Source of the DNA: a virus
Length of the DNA stretch: 64,000 nt
Reading direction: 5' to 3' (one strand)
Virus record (IMG/VR): IMGVR_UViG_3300022074_000005
The translations under genes were made by a program, and so were the position numbers. The notes beneath the pieces were generated by a model that worked only from the letters and a program-made list of their open reading frames with translations, did no database searches and was not told the origin of the DNA. Shown in pieces: positions 30,101-38,243 of the stretch (its first letter is position 1; each line of letters begins with the position of its first letter).

Positions 30101-32004
30101 TAATCAAAACCAGAGTCATTTACTTTTAATGATTCTATAGCACCAATGTCTTTTGTTAATGCTAAAACTTTTGCACCAGAACCACTAACAGTTTCAAAAC
30201 TAATAGTAGGAATAGATTTGTAACCTTGACCTTTATCATTTAAAAATATTTTATTAATAGATGATGCAGTAGAACTACCAAAAGTGCCAGGTTCTAAAAA
30301 TATCTGATCGGTGTCATCACCAAAAGTATCTAAGGTTGTTTGAGTTTCATCTGTAATAATTCTATCATTTGCATTTGAACTAGATGAATCAGTACCATTC
30401 AAAACAATCTTATCGTTTTCTGTAACAGGGTAAGATACTTGAGTTTCAGAATTGTATTGTGTAGTAGGTGGATTAGCTAAACCATAGTTTCTTTCTGAAC
30501 TTGGCATATAAAAAGTTTTGCCAGGAAACTCTATAAACTTAAATGGGTTAGAGCTATCAGTTCCACCAGCTGCAGCTGCAGTTAAGAACAATGGATAGTA
30601 GTAACCTTTTCGTCCACCACCAAGTTGTTGATCACCACCAACTACAGTCTCACCAGTGGCAAGAATATAGTAAGGACCATTACCTGTTTCATTTGATTCT
30701 AATTGTATGTTAAATTCTTCAGAGCTTGATGTAGTTCCAATCTCTTTTAATAAATTGCCTGATGTTGTATCTGTAGCTGTTTCTAATTCTACACCTCCAC
30801 CAAGTATTGATATAATACCTTCAGCTGCATTGATACCACCACCTGTAGAAAATATTGCTTTCTCACCAAGTCTATAACCAGTACCAACATCTTGTATGAA
30901 AGTATCTGATACTGAACCAGATTTTAAACTGTTAACTAATACATCTGCAAAACCATTTCCTTTATCGCTGTCAATAACTGTTGCTTCAGACTCAGAATGT
31001 AGAATACCATCATTGCTTAAGTTTGCTTTATTAATAACTGTTTTTACAACAAACTCAATTTCTAAATCTACAGAGTTTGATATACAAGTTATAGTCTCAC
31101 CAGTTTGAAAACTTGCACCTTGTGATTCATTTTCTAAAGCAAATTCTATTACAGACGTTGTACCTTGTTGGAAAGTAGATGCTGATGCTACAACAGCAGT
31201 TGCACCTGAAGTTCCACCAGTAATAACTTGGTTAATAGCTTCTTGACCTGTAGCATTACCACTAGATGCAACTCTAATTAAAATTTGATTACGCCAATTA
31301 CCATCTGATACTCGTAACATGTTTTCATTAGGATAAAATATTTCAGAGTTCTCATTTAATAATATTTTCATAAAGGTCTTATGACCTTCTTTAGTTCCTT
31401 TGGATGAATATAAGTCTTTAATATTTTTTACTAATTTTCTTTTAGATACTTCACTTGCTAAACTATTTGGAATAGTTGCCATGAATGAATTTCTTACTTG
31501 ATCAAAAAATTCAAATAAAGTATTATCTGTATCTGCGTAATCTAAAAGTTGTTGAATGTTTTGGACAGGGTTTGCTTTGTAAGTAACAATCTTAGCTTCT
31601 GCACCAGAAGTTAATCCTTTGATTGTTTCTCCGATTTGAAATCTTTGGTTTGCAGTGGTATATAAAGAAACGTTTCTTACATCTTCTACAATTACTTTTG
31701 CCTCTGCACCAGACGTTTGACCTTTTACAGTTTCACCTGCTGTATATTCTGTACTATCTTCTAAAACTATTCTATCTACAGCTGCACCAAGTATTCCGTT
31801 TTCAGATAATAGATATTGTTTTGTTTCTGGTTCTAGAATTACATAGTTTGTAGTGAAGTCTAAAGTTATTTTTGCTGACTCTAGAAATGTAAAATAGTCT
31901 TCAACAAAATCTTTAAAAATAGTATGATCTGATCTTACGAAATCAGGTAACTGAGTTTCGATTTGTTGTGATACTTTGTTTATTAGTTTAGGGTCATTAG
32001 ACAT
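27154..32004 (-). CDS. gp7: baseplate wedge initiator (gp7-like), large with inserted domains
   Basis: IETQLPDFVR, KNIKDLYSSKGT, LRVSDGNW, QDSYYYQQFSY...VHPSGF; between gp6 and gp8. Confidence 0.85.
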   Translation of the reverse strand: MSNDPKLINKVSQQIETQLPDFVRSDHTIFKDFVEDYFTFLESAKITLDFTTNYVILEPETKQYLLSENGILGAAVDRIVLEDSTEYTAGETVKGQTSGAEAKVIVEDVRNVSLYTTANQRFQIGETIKGLTSGAEAKIVTYKANPVQNIQQLLDYADTDNTLFEFFDQVRNSFMATIPNSLASEVSKRKLVKNIKDLYSSKGTKEGHKTFMKILLNENSEIFYPNENMLRVSDGNWRNQILIRVASSGNATGQEAINQVITGGTSGATAVVASASTFQQGTTSVIEFALENESQGASFQTGETITCISNSVDLEIEFVVKTVINKANLSNDGILHSESEATVIDSDKGNGFADVLVNSLKSGSVSDTFIQDVGTGYRLGEKAIFSTGGGINAAEGIISILGGGVELETATDTTSGNLLKEIGTTSSSEEFNIQLESNETGNGPYYILATGETVVGGDQQLGGGRKGYYYPLFLTAAAAGGTDSSNPFKFIEFPGKTFYMPSSERNYGLANPPTTQYNSETQVSYPVTENDKIVLNGTDSSSSNANDRIITDETQTTLDTFGDDTDQIFLEPGTFGSSTASSINKIFLNDKGQGYKSIPTISFETVSGSGAKVLALTKDIGAIESLKVNDSGFDYDASDLPDMRFRAHFILKNITGSFVAGETLTSHTGEVKAWNPTTQQLDITLEDIIKIRHEQATTFNAPFVQEDTRGLAGHNVLMEEVQDIVGTPNDNIILDGTSIATPATRLINVVVKKVRNADDTANVFEINNERQKSLKLVEGNTYYFDLSDSSLGDSLATNRHQLRFSTTPNGTHADGTAYTTGVTESPITIQTGTTGAYIQITIAANAPTLYYYCVNHSGMGGVIETNTPQSFVRDNQEDLLLDGTSANIFKILAEPVNGANPLLAIALEDNSGVFITEQSQEGLVTDAGSKILIDTLIDTGTAFILDEDGNQLKNEDFGNLITLEASDDGGKILDETGVDAADFITLNSTDGTNNAGDSLILQEKIDFSEDAAVTISTASASGTVLLADIATGTVSAGVKQITDGKYVNIESLIGEDLIRVQDSYYYQQFSYEVQVGQSIATYINELRRAVHPSGFAPFGKVSIASFLSNAITASGGSEFSPILGSVLTTLFDELFRRTSQAVQVSSRLGHRDDKIVINSTAGSSTDAGDAFLFEDGTIDQFGAGGRIMAETSLAPSDKAQTNFIPLFQKNIQSKATARASQNFMRTVSGAVGNGGMFPDSEGIQLEGSETEVLRLDGVDPIPVISFIVLNATAVSGTDAGDNIILESGTGIGDTSRLKMEDSSFTFNAATVHSVFDKMILEDSQKTNDSIPISAFEDLRIVDIVRPDRIILGQPSDLIDVQGLRFSNKVILEFDAVSPLELEDNSGFIIFEDSIVADELLSNRGLDNGSSDINNASAPDFDGIKLEIDGFIKLDGHLITSGELSGQVTDQDDFIISEKTGSGDERFILEEDGVIIAEAFSTTSNKQFLLLEDSTMVPGARAQYEKTTQKNFADAFLLEDASQDVSTDSLILDGTDSSGTDAGFRLLSERDVDDAAAQIDHILLEDSTLIASEGQIPHASLRFSSGPEILKEDIPLRVIQLGSRAVVKSSVIEIRSS

Positions 32005-32015
32005 AGCATCTCATT

Positions 32016-33998
32016 CTAGTACGAACTTCCTGAGCTTCCACTTGAGCCAGATGAACTAGATGAGCTTGATGTCGATGTAGTTGTGCTACCTGTGGTCGTG
32101 GTTGTAGTAGTAGTAGAAGTACCAGACCCAGACACACTATATGATGTACCAGAGGTAGACGCACTATCAACTTGAGCTGTAATAGTAGTGTTCGCAAAAT
32201 CTATTTCAAGTAATTGATTTCTTACAGGCACAATATCATTTGATGCTGGTGTCATAATTAATCTAATTGCAGTCGATGTAGAACCATCAACGTTTGATAT
32301 TGCAGTAAAATTAATATTGTTAATTGTAATATAACCAGAAGTATAATCTATAGTTCCAGCTTCATTATCAAAGTAAGAACGTGTTGTACCAATCAAAGCA
32401 TATCTTCTTAAATTACCAGAACCATCATCGTCAAAAAAGAATTCTGTTTCTGTATCCGTACCAACTTTAAAACCAGAGGAAGATAGCACACCACCAGTTG
32501 CTTTTAGATAACCATCCTCTGGGTGAAACATTGCATTGTTAAACGCAACGTTATAAGATTTTGTTGTGCCTTGTTCTGGTGTAAAATCTTTAGATAGTTT
32601 TACAGATGTTGTGTTATTTAAAATAGCTGTGTCTGACTCATCAATTAATTTAGAAACTGCTGATGCTCTATATTGTCCATTGAAAGTTTGTAGAGTACTA
32701 GAGTTATAATCTGTTAATGTTGTATTTACAAGAGTTACTAATTCTGAACTTAATTTTGTAGTTGCTGATGAATCGTAATTAAATATTACATTCAATCTTA
32801 ACTTTGTAGTCTCTGGGTCAACAACAACAGGTGTGATTGATGCAACAGTAAAAGGTGCTAAGTCAGTAATCAATTGAGATTTTTGAGAAGACGTTAAGTT
32901 TGCACCAGTTGTAGATTTTACAGAGATAAACACTTTACCATACTCAGGTGTTGATGTTACACCAGTTGAAGAGTTGTAAGAACCAAGCTCTCCACCAAAT
33001 ACTGAAACTGCTTGTGTTTGTGGGAATAATCTTTTTACATAAACCTCATAGTCACCAGTGGTTACACATCTACCTTGCGATGCATAATCTAAAGGTGCAT
33101 TTAATTTTATTGATTGAATAGTTTCTGGTTCTGCTCCACCAGTTGCTCTTTCAACAGTTGTCAAAGTAATATCAGTTACGCCATCGATACTTGCAGGTGG
33201 TGTAAATATGAAAGCACCATTTGCATCTGACTTATTAGTTACAACGTATTTTAGTATAACGATGTTACCATCATCAACAGCTTTAGAAACAACACCATCA
33301 CCAAAGTAAACTTCATGTCTTCCGTTTTCTATTTCTTGTAAGAAGTAAACAGTAGAGTCAGTAGCAAGTTGAGTTATGTCTGTTGCTTTTGTGTAAGTTG
33401 TTGTAGTAGAATCTGAGGCAGAGTTTTGAACTTGCACGGTTAGTGTAGAAGTATCTGCTCTGTTATCTCTTAATATAAATCTTTGTTCTAGGTCTGTAGT
33501 GTTTACAGTATATCTTGTAGTGACATAAGTACCTTCATAAACTTTTTGTGCATCAAAGTTTACAGAGTTTCCAAACTTGGCACCTGTAACATCAGCAATA
33601 GTAACAAACTGATAACTAATACCATCAAGTGTAGTAGTAAACGCTGTTCCAGCATTCATTGTCTTTGAAGTAGAATCTGTTTTAAGTGAAATGTTTATTG
33701 TCGCCATTGGAGCTGTGGCTGATCTAACTTCATATCCTAAAGTTTTTGCATGTGATACAGCTGACGATCTTAATGATGCTGTATCTAAAAACATTTCATT
33801 TGCTAACATGTTAGCATTGAAACCTAGATAGTGTGTATTGTAAGCTAATGTATCTAATAGAACATCGATACCTGAACCATCAAAGTCATAATCTTTAAAC
33901 TCTTCTTGAGCTTTTAAATATATTTTTAAATTTGATTTGATTGCGTCAAAATCTAATTCTGTTACTCTTAAATTTCTTTTCTTTATAGTCGTTGCCAT
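32016..33998 (-). CDS. gp6: baseplate wedge subunit
   Basis: ELDFDAIKSNL, DYDFDGSG...LAYNTHY, QGRCVTTGDY, YGKVFIS; S/T/G-rich C-terminal tail. Confidence 0.95.
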   Translation of the reverse strand: MATTIKKRNLRVTELDFDAIKSNLKIYLKAQEEFKDYDFDGSGIDVLLDTLAYNTHYLGFNANMLANEMFLDTASLRSSAVSHAKTLGYEVRSATAPMATINISLKTDSTSKTMNAGTAFTTTLDGISYQFVTIADVTGAKFGNSVNFDAQKVYEGTYVTTRYTVNTTDLEQRFILRDNRADTSTLTVQVQNSASDSTTTTYTKATDITQLATDSTVYFLQEIENGRHEVYFGDGVVSKAVDDGNIVILKYVVTNKSDANGAFIFTPPASIDGVTDITLTTVERATGGAEPETIQSIKLNAPLDYASQGRCVTTGDYEVYVKRLFPQTQAVSVFGGELGSYNSSTGVTSTPEYGKVFISVKSTTGANLTSSQKSQLITDLAPFTVASITPVVVDPETTKLRLNVIFNYDSSATTKLSSELVTLVNTTLTDYNSSTLQTFNGQYRASAVSKLIDESDTAILNNTTSVKLSKDFTPEQGTTKSYNVAFNNAMFHPEDGYLKATGGVLSSSGFKVGTDTETEFFFDDDGSGNLRRYALIGTTRSYFDNEAGTIDYTSGYITINNINFTAISNVDGSTSTAIRLIMTPASNDIVPVRNQLLEIDFANTTITAQVDSASTSGTSYSVSGSGTSTTTTTTTTGSTTTSTSSSSSSSGSSGSSGSSY

Positions 33999-34444
33999 TA
34001 TCGTATTCTTTCTAACATAATTGATAAATCAACTAATTCAGTAGGTGCATTAACAACATAAAAAGATATACTAATTTCATAAGCATTGTTATCCATATTA
34101 GGTATTGCTCTAACTGAAACTAATCTTGCTCTTGGTTCAAAGTTATTAATTACATCTTCAACTTTTCTTGCAATAATATTAGCCACAATAGGAGTCATGT
34201 TTTCAAACAACATGTCTCTCACCCCACCATGTATTTCAGGGTGGAATGGTTTTTCATATTCGTTAAGTAGTACTAGATTTCTGATTGAACGTTTAACGGC
34301 TTGTATATCTTCGACTCTACCAACATCTGAGTCTGTGCCCTTTTTTTTAAAGAATAAATCTAAGTCTCTATATATTCTTGTAGATTTATTACTAGAATTT
34401 ATTGATTGAGAGTCATATCCCAATCTACCTGGTCTTGATGCCAT
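33998..34444 (-). CDS. gp25: baseplate wedge subunit
   Basis: AVKRSIRNLVL...EKPFHPEI, INNFEPR. Confidence 0.93.
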   Translation of the reverse strand: MASRPGRLGYDSQSINSSNKSTRIYRDLDLFFKKKGTDSDVGRVEDIQAVKRSIRNLVLLNEYEKPFHPEIHGGVRDMLFENMTPIVANIIARKVEDVINNFEPRARLVSVRAIPNMDNNAYEISISFYVVNAPTELVDLSIMLERIR

Positions 34445-34469
34445 CGAAAAAATCTCCTACTACTTTTAT

Positions 34470-34477
34470 TATTTATA
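34470..34477 (-). promoter_or_regulatory. T4-type late promoter
   Basis: TATAAATA on minus upstream of gp25. Confidence 0.75.
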
Positions 34478-34492
34478 CAAAAAGTCTAGAGA

Positions 34493-35563
34493 TTAATCGC
34501 CAATGATTACAGTTGTTGATGCGCTTTCTATTTTGTTTGAACCATCAGAACCTGATATACCTGCAGGGTCATCGCCTGTATCAACTTGATCGTCTAGACG
34601 AGCTGCACCTTTAGTTCCGCTATTGAGATTAATTGTTTTTGCGTCAATTGTACTATCGCCTGTTACATTTTGATCGTAAGTTCCTTTAATGTTTTCTATA
34701 ACGTTACCATCAACTTGTATATTCCAATCACCCTTGACGTAAGTATTACAGTTTGCGTCAATAGTAAGATTGACATCACCTTTGACATTAACAAATTCTT
34801 TACCAGCGACTATTTGATAATTGTCACCAACTATTCTAGTAACTTTATTTCCGTCCTTATCTATTTCATAGAACGTACCTGACTTATGATATTCATGAAT
34901 TCTTTCTGCATCTGTTGTATCGTCATATTCTTTTATGTGACCAGATGAAGTTTCTATTACATTGTTGTCAGGGTATACAGCTGCGTAAGTAGATGCTGGT
35001 TCATCAAAAGTTTCATCGGAATTAGCGATTGGTATTGTTTTGCTTCGGCCTTCTTCTTTAGTTGTTAGTACTGTATGCGATAAATCTGTTTCATTCTTCG
35101 CAAGTCTATTAACATCACTCTCAATAAATTGTGTTTCTGTAGTATAATCATTATTATCTTTATCAGTACCATGACCAGAGTTAGAATTTTTTTGTTCGGG
35201 GTATACGTCATTAGGGTCAGAGAAACCAAAACGTTTGTCTTTGTAAGAGGGTTTACCTTTGAGAGTTCCCATGACAATAGGATTTTGCATCTCAGCTGCA
35301 TCCATATAGAAACCAACTACCCAAGTTCCGTTTACTATTTTAGAAAACTTACCGATACCTTGCATCGATGTGTCATTTGTTGGCGACATAACAGACGCCC
35401 ACGGTAAACTATCCGTTGGTATATCTGTTAAATCTTTTGTATGGAAACCATATGATCTTACTTTGACTCTTCCTAGTTTATCAGGGTCGTTATTATCTTC
35501 TACAACTCCAACAAACCATTTAAAGCCATCTAGACCCATATAGTGCTGAGGATTTTTTGCCAT
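34493..35563 (-). CDS. gp5: baseplate central spike (gp5-like) lacking lysozyme domain
   Basis: WFVGVVEDNNDPDKLGRVKVR OB fold, YPDNNVIETSSGHIKEYDDT, VxGD beta-helix repeats; PAAR-like tail. Confidence 0.9.
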   Translation of the reverse strand: MAKNPQHYMGLDGFKWFVGVVEDNNDPDKLGRVKVRSYGFHTKDLTDIPTDSLPWASVMSPTNDTSMQGIGKFSKIVNGTWVVGFYMDAAEMQNPIVMGTLKGKPSYKDKRFGFSDPNDVYPEQKNSNSGHGTDKDNNDYTTETQFIESDVNRLAKNETDLSHTVLTTKEEGRSKTIPIANSDETFDEPASTYAAVYPDNNVIETSSGHIKEYDDTTDAERIHEYHKSGTFYEIDKDGNKVTRIVGDNYQIVAGKEFVNVKGDVNLTIDANCNTYVKGDWNIQVDGNVIENIKGTYDQNVTGDSTIDAKTINLNSGTKGAARLDDQVDTGDDPAGISGSDGSNKIESASTTVIIGD

Positions 35564-35571
35564 GTGATTAT

Positions 35572-35697
35572 TTAGTACGCAATCACATAATATTTTATTC
35601 CAAGTTGTTTAACAATGTCAAGGATATCTAATAGTTCATCTGCTTTAAAATCATGAACCATATACTTTGAGGGGGATTTATATAGTACTATTCTCAT
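35572..35697 (-). CDS. small hypothetical protein (41 aa, not in ORF track)
   Basis: MRIVLYKSPSKYMVHDFKADELLDILDIVKQLGIKYYVIAY; fills the gap and overlaps the upstream stop. Confidence 0.5.
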   Translation of the reverse strand: MRIVLYKSPSKYMVHDFKADELLDILDIVKQLGIKYYVIAY

Positions 35698-36157
35698 GTT
35701 GACGCCATGACTTTCTCATTTCGATGTAAGTTTCATCTTGAGTTACTAAATCTCTATACTTTTTAAAGACACGAGCGGCTTTTGCTTTCTCATTTGTTGC
35801 CCAATCCTTTGCTTGTGGTAGTGGTCTAAACTTTTCATCGTGAGTTTGTACATACTTTCGACCATCTTTATGGTTCGCATAACGCCTCGCTCGGGTAAAA
35901 CCCATCTCTAAAAACTTTCTACACATATCCATACCAACAAAATCATGTATTTTTTTGTAATCAACATACATCTCGTAAATAGTTTTGGCTGATTTTTTTG
36001 CAATCGCCACGGTTTTAAATCGCCAATGTTGACATATGTTCTCTGTATAAGGACGAACCAGTAATACTCCTTGTTCACCACGACCAATACGATAACGAGT
36101 ATCATTTGGTCTAAACATTGTGTGCTTGTAGTCTATGTTATAGTCAAATTCTTTCAT
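35678..36157 (-). CDS. DUF4385-like protein
   Basis: YRIGRGEQGVLLVRPY, HWRFKT, DFVGMDMCRKFLEMGFTRARRYANH. Confidence 0.8.
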   Translation of the reverse strand: MKEFDYNIDYKHTMFRPNDTRYRIGRGEQGVLLVRPYTENICQHWRFKTVAIAKKSAKTIYEMYVDYKKIHDFVGMDMCRKFLEMGFTRARRYANHKDGRKYVQTHDEKFRPLPQAKDWATNEKAKAARVFKKYRDLVTQDETYIEMRKSWRQHENSTI

Positions 36158-36780
36158 CGTATATGCTTTTGTCCAAAATAATTATTAATTTCTGTTTCTT
36201 TTGTCGTTTCCCAACTATGAAATAGATTTCCAGCGACCATAATTCTTTCAATATTGTCTTCAATTGTTGCTACTTCGTGTTGTACATGACCAGGAAATAC
36301 AATAAGATCACCTTTTTTAGGATATATTTTCTTGTTAGCAGTAGGAAAAAGTAAAGGACTCGTGTCACAATCTGTCAAATAATAACCAAATGCGTAAGTG
36401 TACGGCCAATGACTATGACGTTTGGTATGTTTTCCTTTATTGTAAACAATACCCCAGCTCTCTCCAATAAACATATTGGGTTTAAACATATTCGCAGAGA
36501 TTTTTTTCGCTACACGACAAGCAATATTTCCAATGTGTGCAAAACTCTCAAAGTTTTTGTGCATATTCCAATCTGTCATGTAGGATTTAACGTTAGATGT
36601 AAAAGTAACACCAACGTTTTCACGTGTGGTTAATTCTAAATCGATATGTGCATTAACAGTTTGACCTGTGTGTCTTTTGATTTCTTTGGATTCAACTTCG
36701 GATAAAACGTTTGTATGAGAAAAAGGATAGGTCTCGGTTACTTCTATGTTATTTTTATGATTGAAGTCTGATAGTTTCAT
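36154..36780 (-). CDS. putative 2OG-Fe(II) oxygenase (HxH type)
   Basis: WGIVY...HSH...GYY, GDLIVFPGHVQHEV, ERIMVAGN. Confidence 0.8.
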   Translation of the reverse strand: MKLSDFNHKNNIEVTETYPFSHTNVLSEVESKEIKRHTGQTVNAHIDLELTTRENVGVTFTSNVKSYMTDWNMHKNFESFAHIGNIACRVAKKISANMFKPNMFIGESWGIVYNKGKHTKRHSHWPYTYAFGYYLTDCDTSPLLFPTANKKIYPKKGDLIVFPGHVQHEVATIEDNIERIMVAGNLFHSWETTKETEINNYFGQKHIR

Positions 36781-36796
36781 CCGCCGCCCTTAAACT

Positions 36797-37129
36797 TTAT
36801 TGGTATCCACCCGAGGTTGAAAGATCGCTCTGCTCGAACCCCTTGTCCGTAACCACATAACTGACATTATTTAGTTTGAATATGTCACCCATCTGCGTAC
36901 TTCTGGCGTGTGGAACTTTACAATCTACATATTTGTTTTGATACCATGCATCACTAATACTTTGTGATAACATATACGCTTTGTCTAACGCATCTTTTGT
37001 ATTCAGTTTGTCCGACACATATATGTCAGCAACATGTTTCATATGATAACCATAGAGATCATCAAAGACATGATGTACCTCGACTTTATAGTTTTTGTTT
37101 AAAAGGGTTAAATTGTTGAGTAGACCCAT
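36797..37129 (-). CDS. hypothetical protein
   Basis: 110-aa ORF with RSTQMGDIF (YodL-like RSxSxGD pattern). Confidence 0.6.
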   Translation of the reverse strand: MGLLNNLTLLNKNYKVEVHHVFDDLYGYHMKHVADIYVSDKLNTKDALDKAYMLSQSISDAWYQNKYVDCKVPHARSTQMGDIFKLNNVSYVVTDKGFEQSDLSTSGGYQ

Positions 37130-37271
37130 AATATTTTTTCCATAGTATATTGCATATTAAGTAAAAAGGATATAGAAGAGGTACACGTTTAACATGTTTT
37201 CCTCTTACAATTAACATTGTCCATATCCAAGAACCTTGAATATGACTAAAACCTATACATCCTTTTAACAT
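37086..37271 (-). CDS. small hypothetical protein
   Basis: SD GAGAGG upstream as in other early genes. Confidence 0.5.
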   Translation of the reverse strand: MLKGCIGFSHIQGSWIWTMLIVRGKHVKRVPLLYPFYLICNILWKKYYGSTQQFNPFKQKL

Positions 37272-37464
37272 AATATCCTCTCTTGTATATTCATTGACAC
37301 CGTGTCAAATTACATAAGGGCATCGAAGAGTAGGCCCAGACACGGCGAACATCGCTTTAGTGCATACACATAGGGGTAACTACGATGCTTTAGAGAACCC
37401 CGCTGTTTGCGTGTGTATTCATTGTTATGTCATTTTAGTTGATTCCTCTCTCATTCATATGATA

Positions 37465-37493
37465 ATACTATCATACGCAGACGTATTTGTCAA
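37465..37493 (-). promoter_or_regulatory. sigma70-like early promoter P1
   Basis: TTGACA-17 bp-TAGTAT. Confidence 0.75.
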
Positions 37494-37599
37494 GGCATTT
37501 AAGTGTTTGAAAAGACACCAGTTTTAGGGGGGTGGGGGTGAGAACAAAGAAAGAACATTGATATATTCTAGAAACTATATATTGCATTTATAGATTACC

Positions 37600-37805
37600 T
37601 CTGACCTAGTATATAAGGCGAAAGGGGGCCTCTGAGTAAACTATGAGGATTGCCGAGACCTCTACTTCCACCCCACACCTCTACGAGGAACTTTCAGACA
37701 GAACATCCTACGTGGGCCACAACATCCTTAAAGAAGTCTCGGCGCATACTCGGTGTTTCTCATATCTACATTATACAATGGATTTCATTTCACTACCGAG
37801 TATTC
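37600..37805 (-). ncRNA. putative structured non-coding RNA downstream of P2
   Basis: Starts at predicted TSS with 9-bp stem (37795-803/37746-54), then 12-bp stem (37732-43/37652-63) that pairs fully only on minus (G-U); GC-rich; no plausible minus ORF noticed. Confidence 0.55.
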
Positions 37806-37809
37806 TTTC

Positions 37810-37838
37810 ATAATACATCATTTGGGGGTAATTGTCAA
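37810..37838 (-). promoter_or_regulatory. sigma70-like early promoter P2
   Basis: TAACCCTTGACA-17 bp-TATTAT. Confidence 0.75.
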
Positions 37839-37915
37839 GGGTTATTCTGAGATACTTTGAGAATACTATGAGAATGCTTAGAGCTAATATACTATACCCA
37901 GCACCCTCATAGGGT

Positions 37916-37944
37916 ATTATACAGGTAAACGCCAAACTTGTCAA
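37916..37944 (-). promoter_or_regulatory. sigma70 consensus promoter P3
   Basis: TAACCCTTGACA-17 bp-TATAAT. Confidence 0.8.
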
Positions 37945-38096
37945 GGGTTATTTTGGTCAATGCTGTCGCAGCTGTGTATGGCCACCAGGCCTTTTTCGTG
38001 TGTAACTCTGAGAAACCTCTGAGAAAATGCCGAGGTGCCGCAGGATTTAAACACAAAGACCCTATATTCTTTTGAGCCTTTTTTTAGTTCTTCCGA

Positions 38097-38243
38097 TTAT
38101 CGATGTTTTGGGGTTCTCTTGTTCCTATTACCTCTCATATAGTGCTCTCCTGGTTCGTAATTCCACTTCATACCGTGATGTCCTCTGATATCACAATAAA
38201 GCATTCGAAGTTTGACTATAAGTTTTCGTATTGGTAATGGCAT
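38097..38243 (-). CDS. small basic hypothetical protein (48 aa, not in ORF track)
   Basis: MPLPIRKLIVKLRMLYCDIRGHHGMKWNYEPGEHYMRGNRNKRTPKHR; late-like AATAAATA upstream. Confidence 0.6.
   Translation of the reverse strand: MPLPIRKLIVKLRMLYCDIRGHHGMKWNYEPGEHYMRGNRNKRTPKHR

Noticed and set aside
3735-31853. Numerous plus-strand ORFs antisense to structural genes (e.g. 3735-4058, 17669-18349, 27713-28372)
   Set aside because: Shadow ORFs produced by codon bias of the real minus-strand genes; no SD or motifs
37325-37350. Pistol or hammerhead ribozyme (UAGGCCCAGA resemblance)
   Set aside because: No upstream pseudoknot partner or P1, and no CUGANGA/GAAA core found
37650-37850. Plus-strand 66-aa ORF
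   Set aside because: TTG start, antisense to the promoters and overlapping RNA stems; likely a by-product of higher GC
37846-38030. CRISPR or mini-array
   Set aside because: Repeats are only 5-10 nt with no spacers of regular 25-40 nt length
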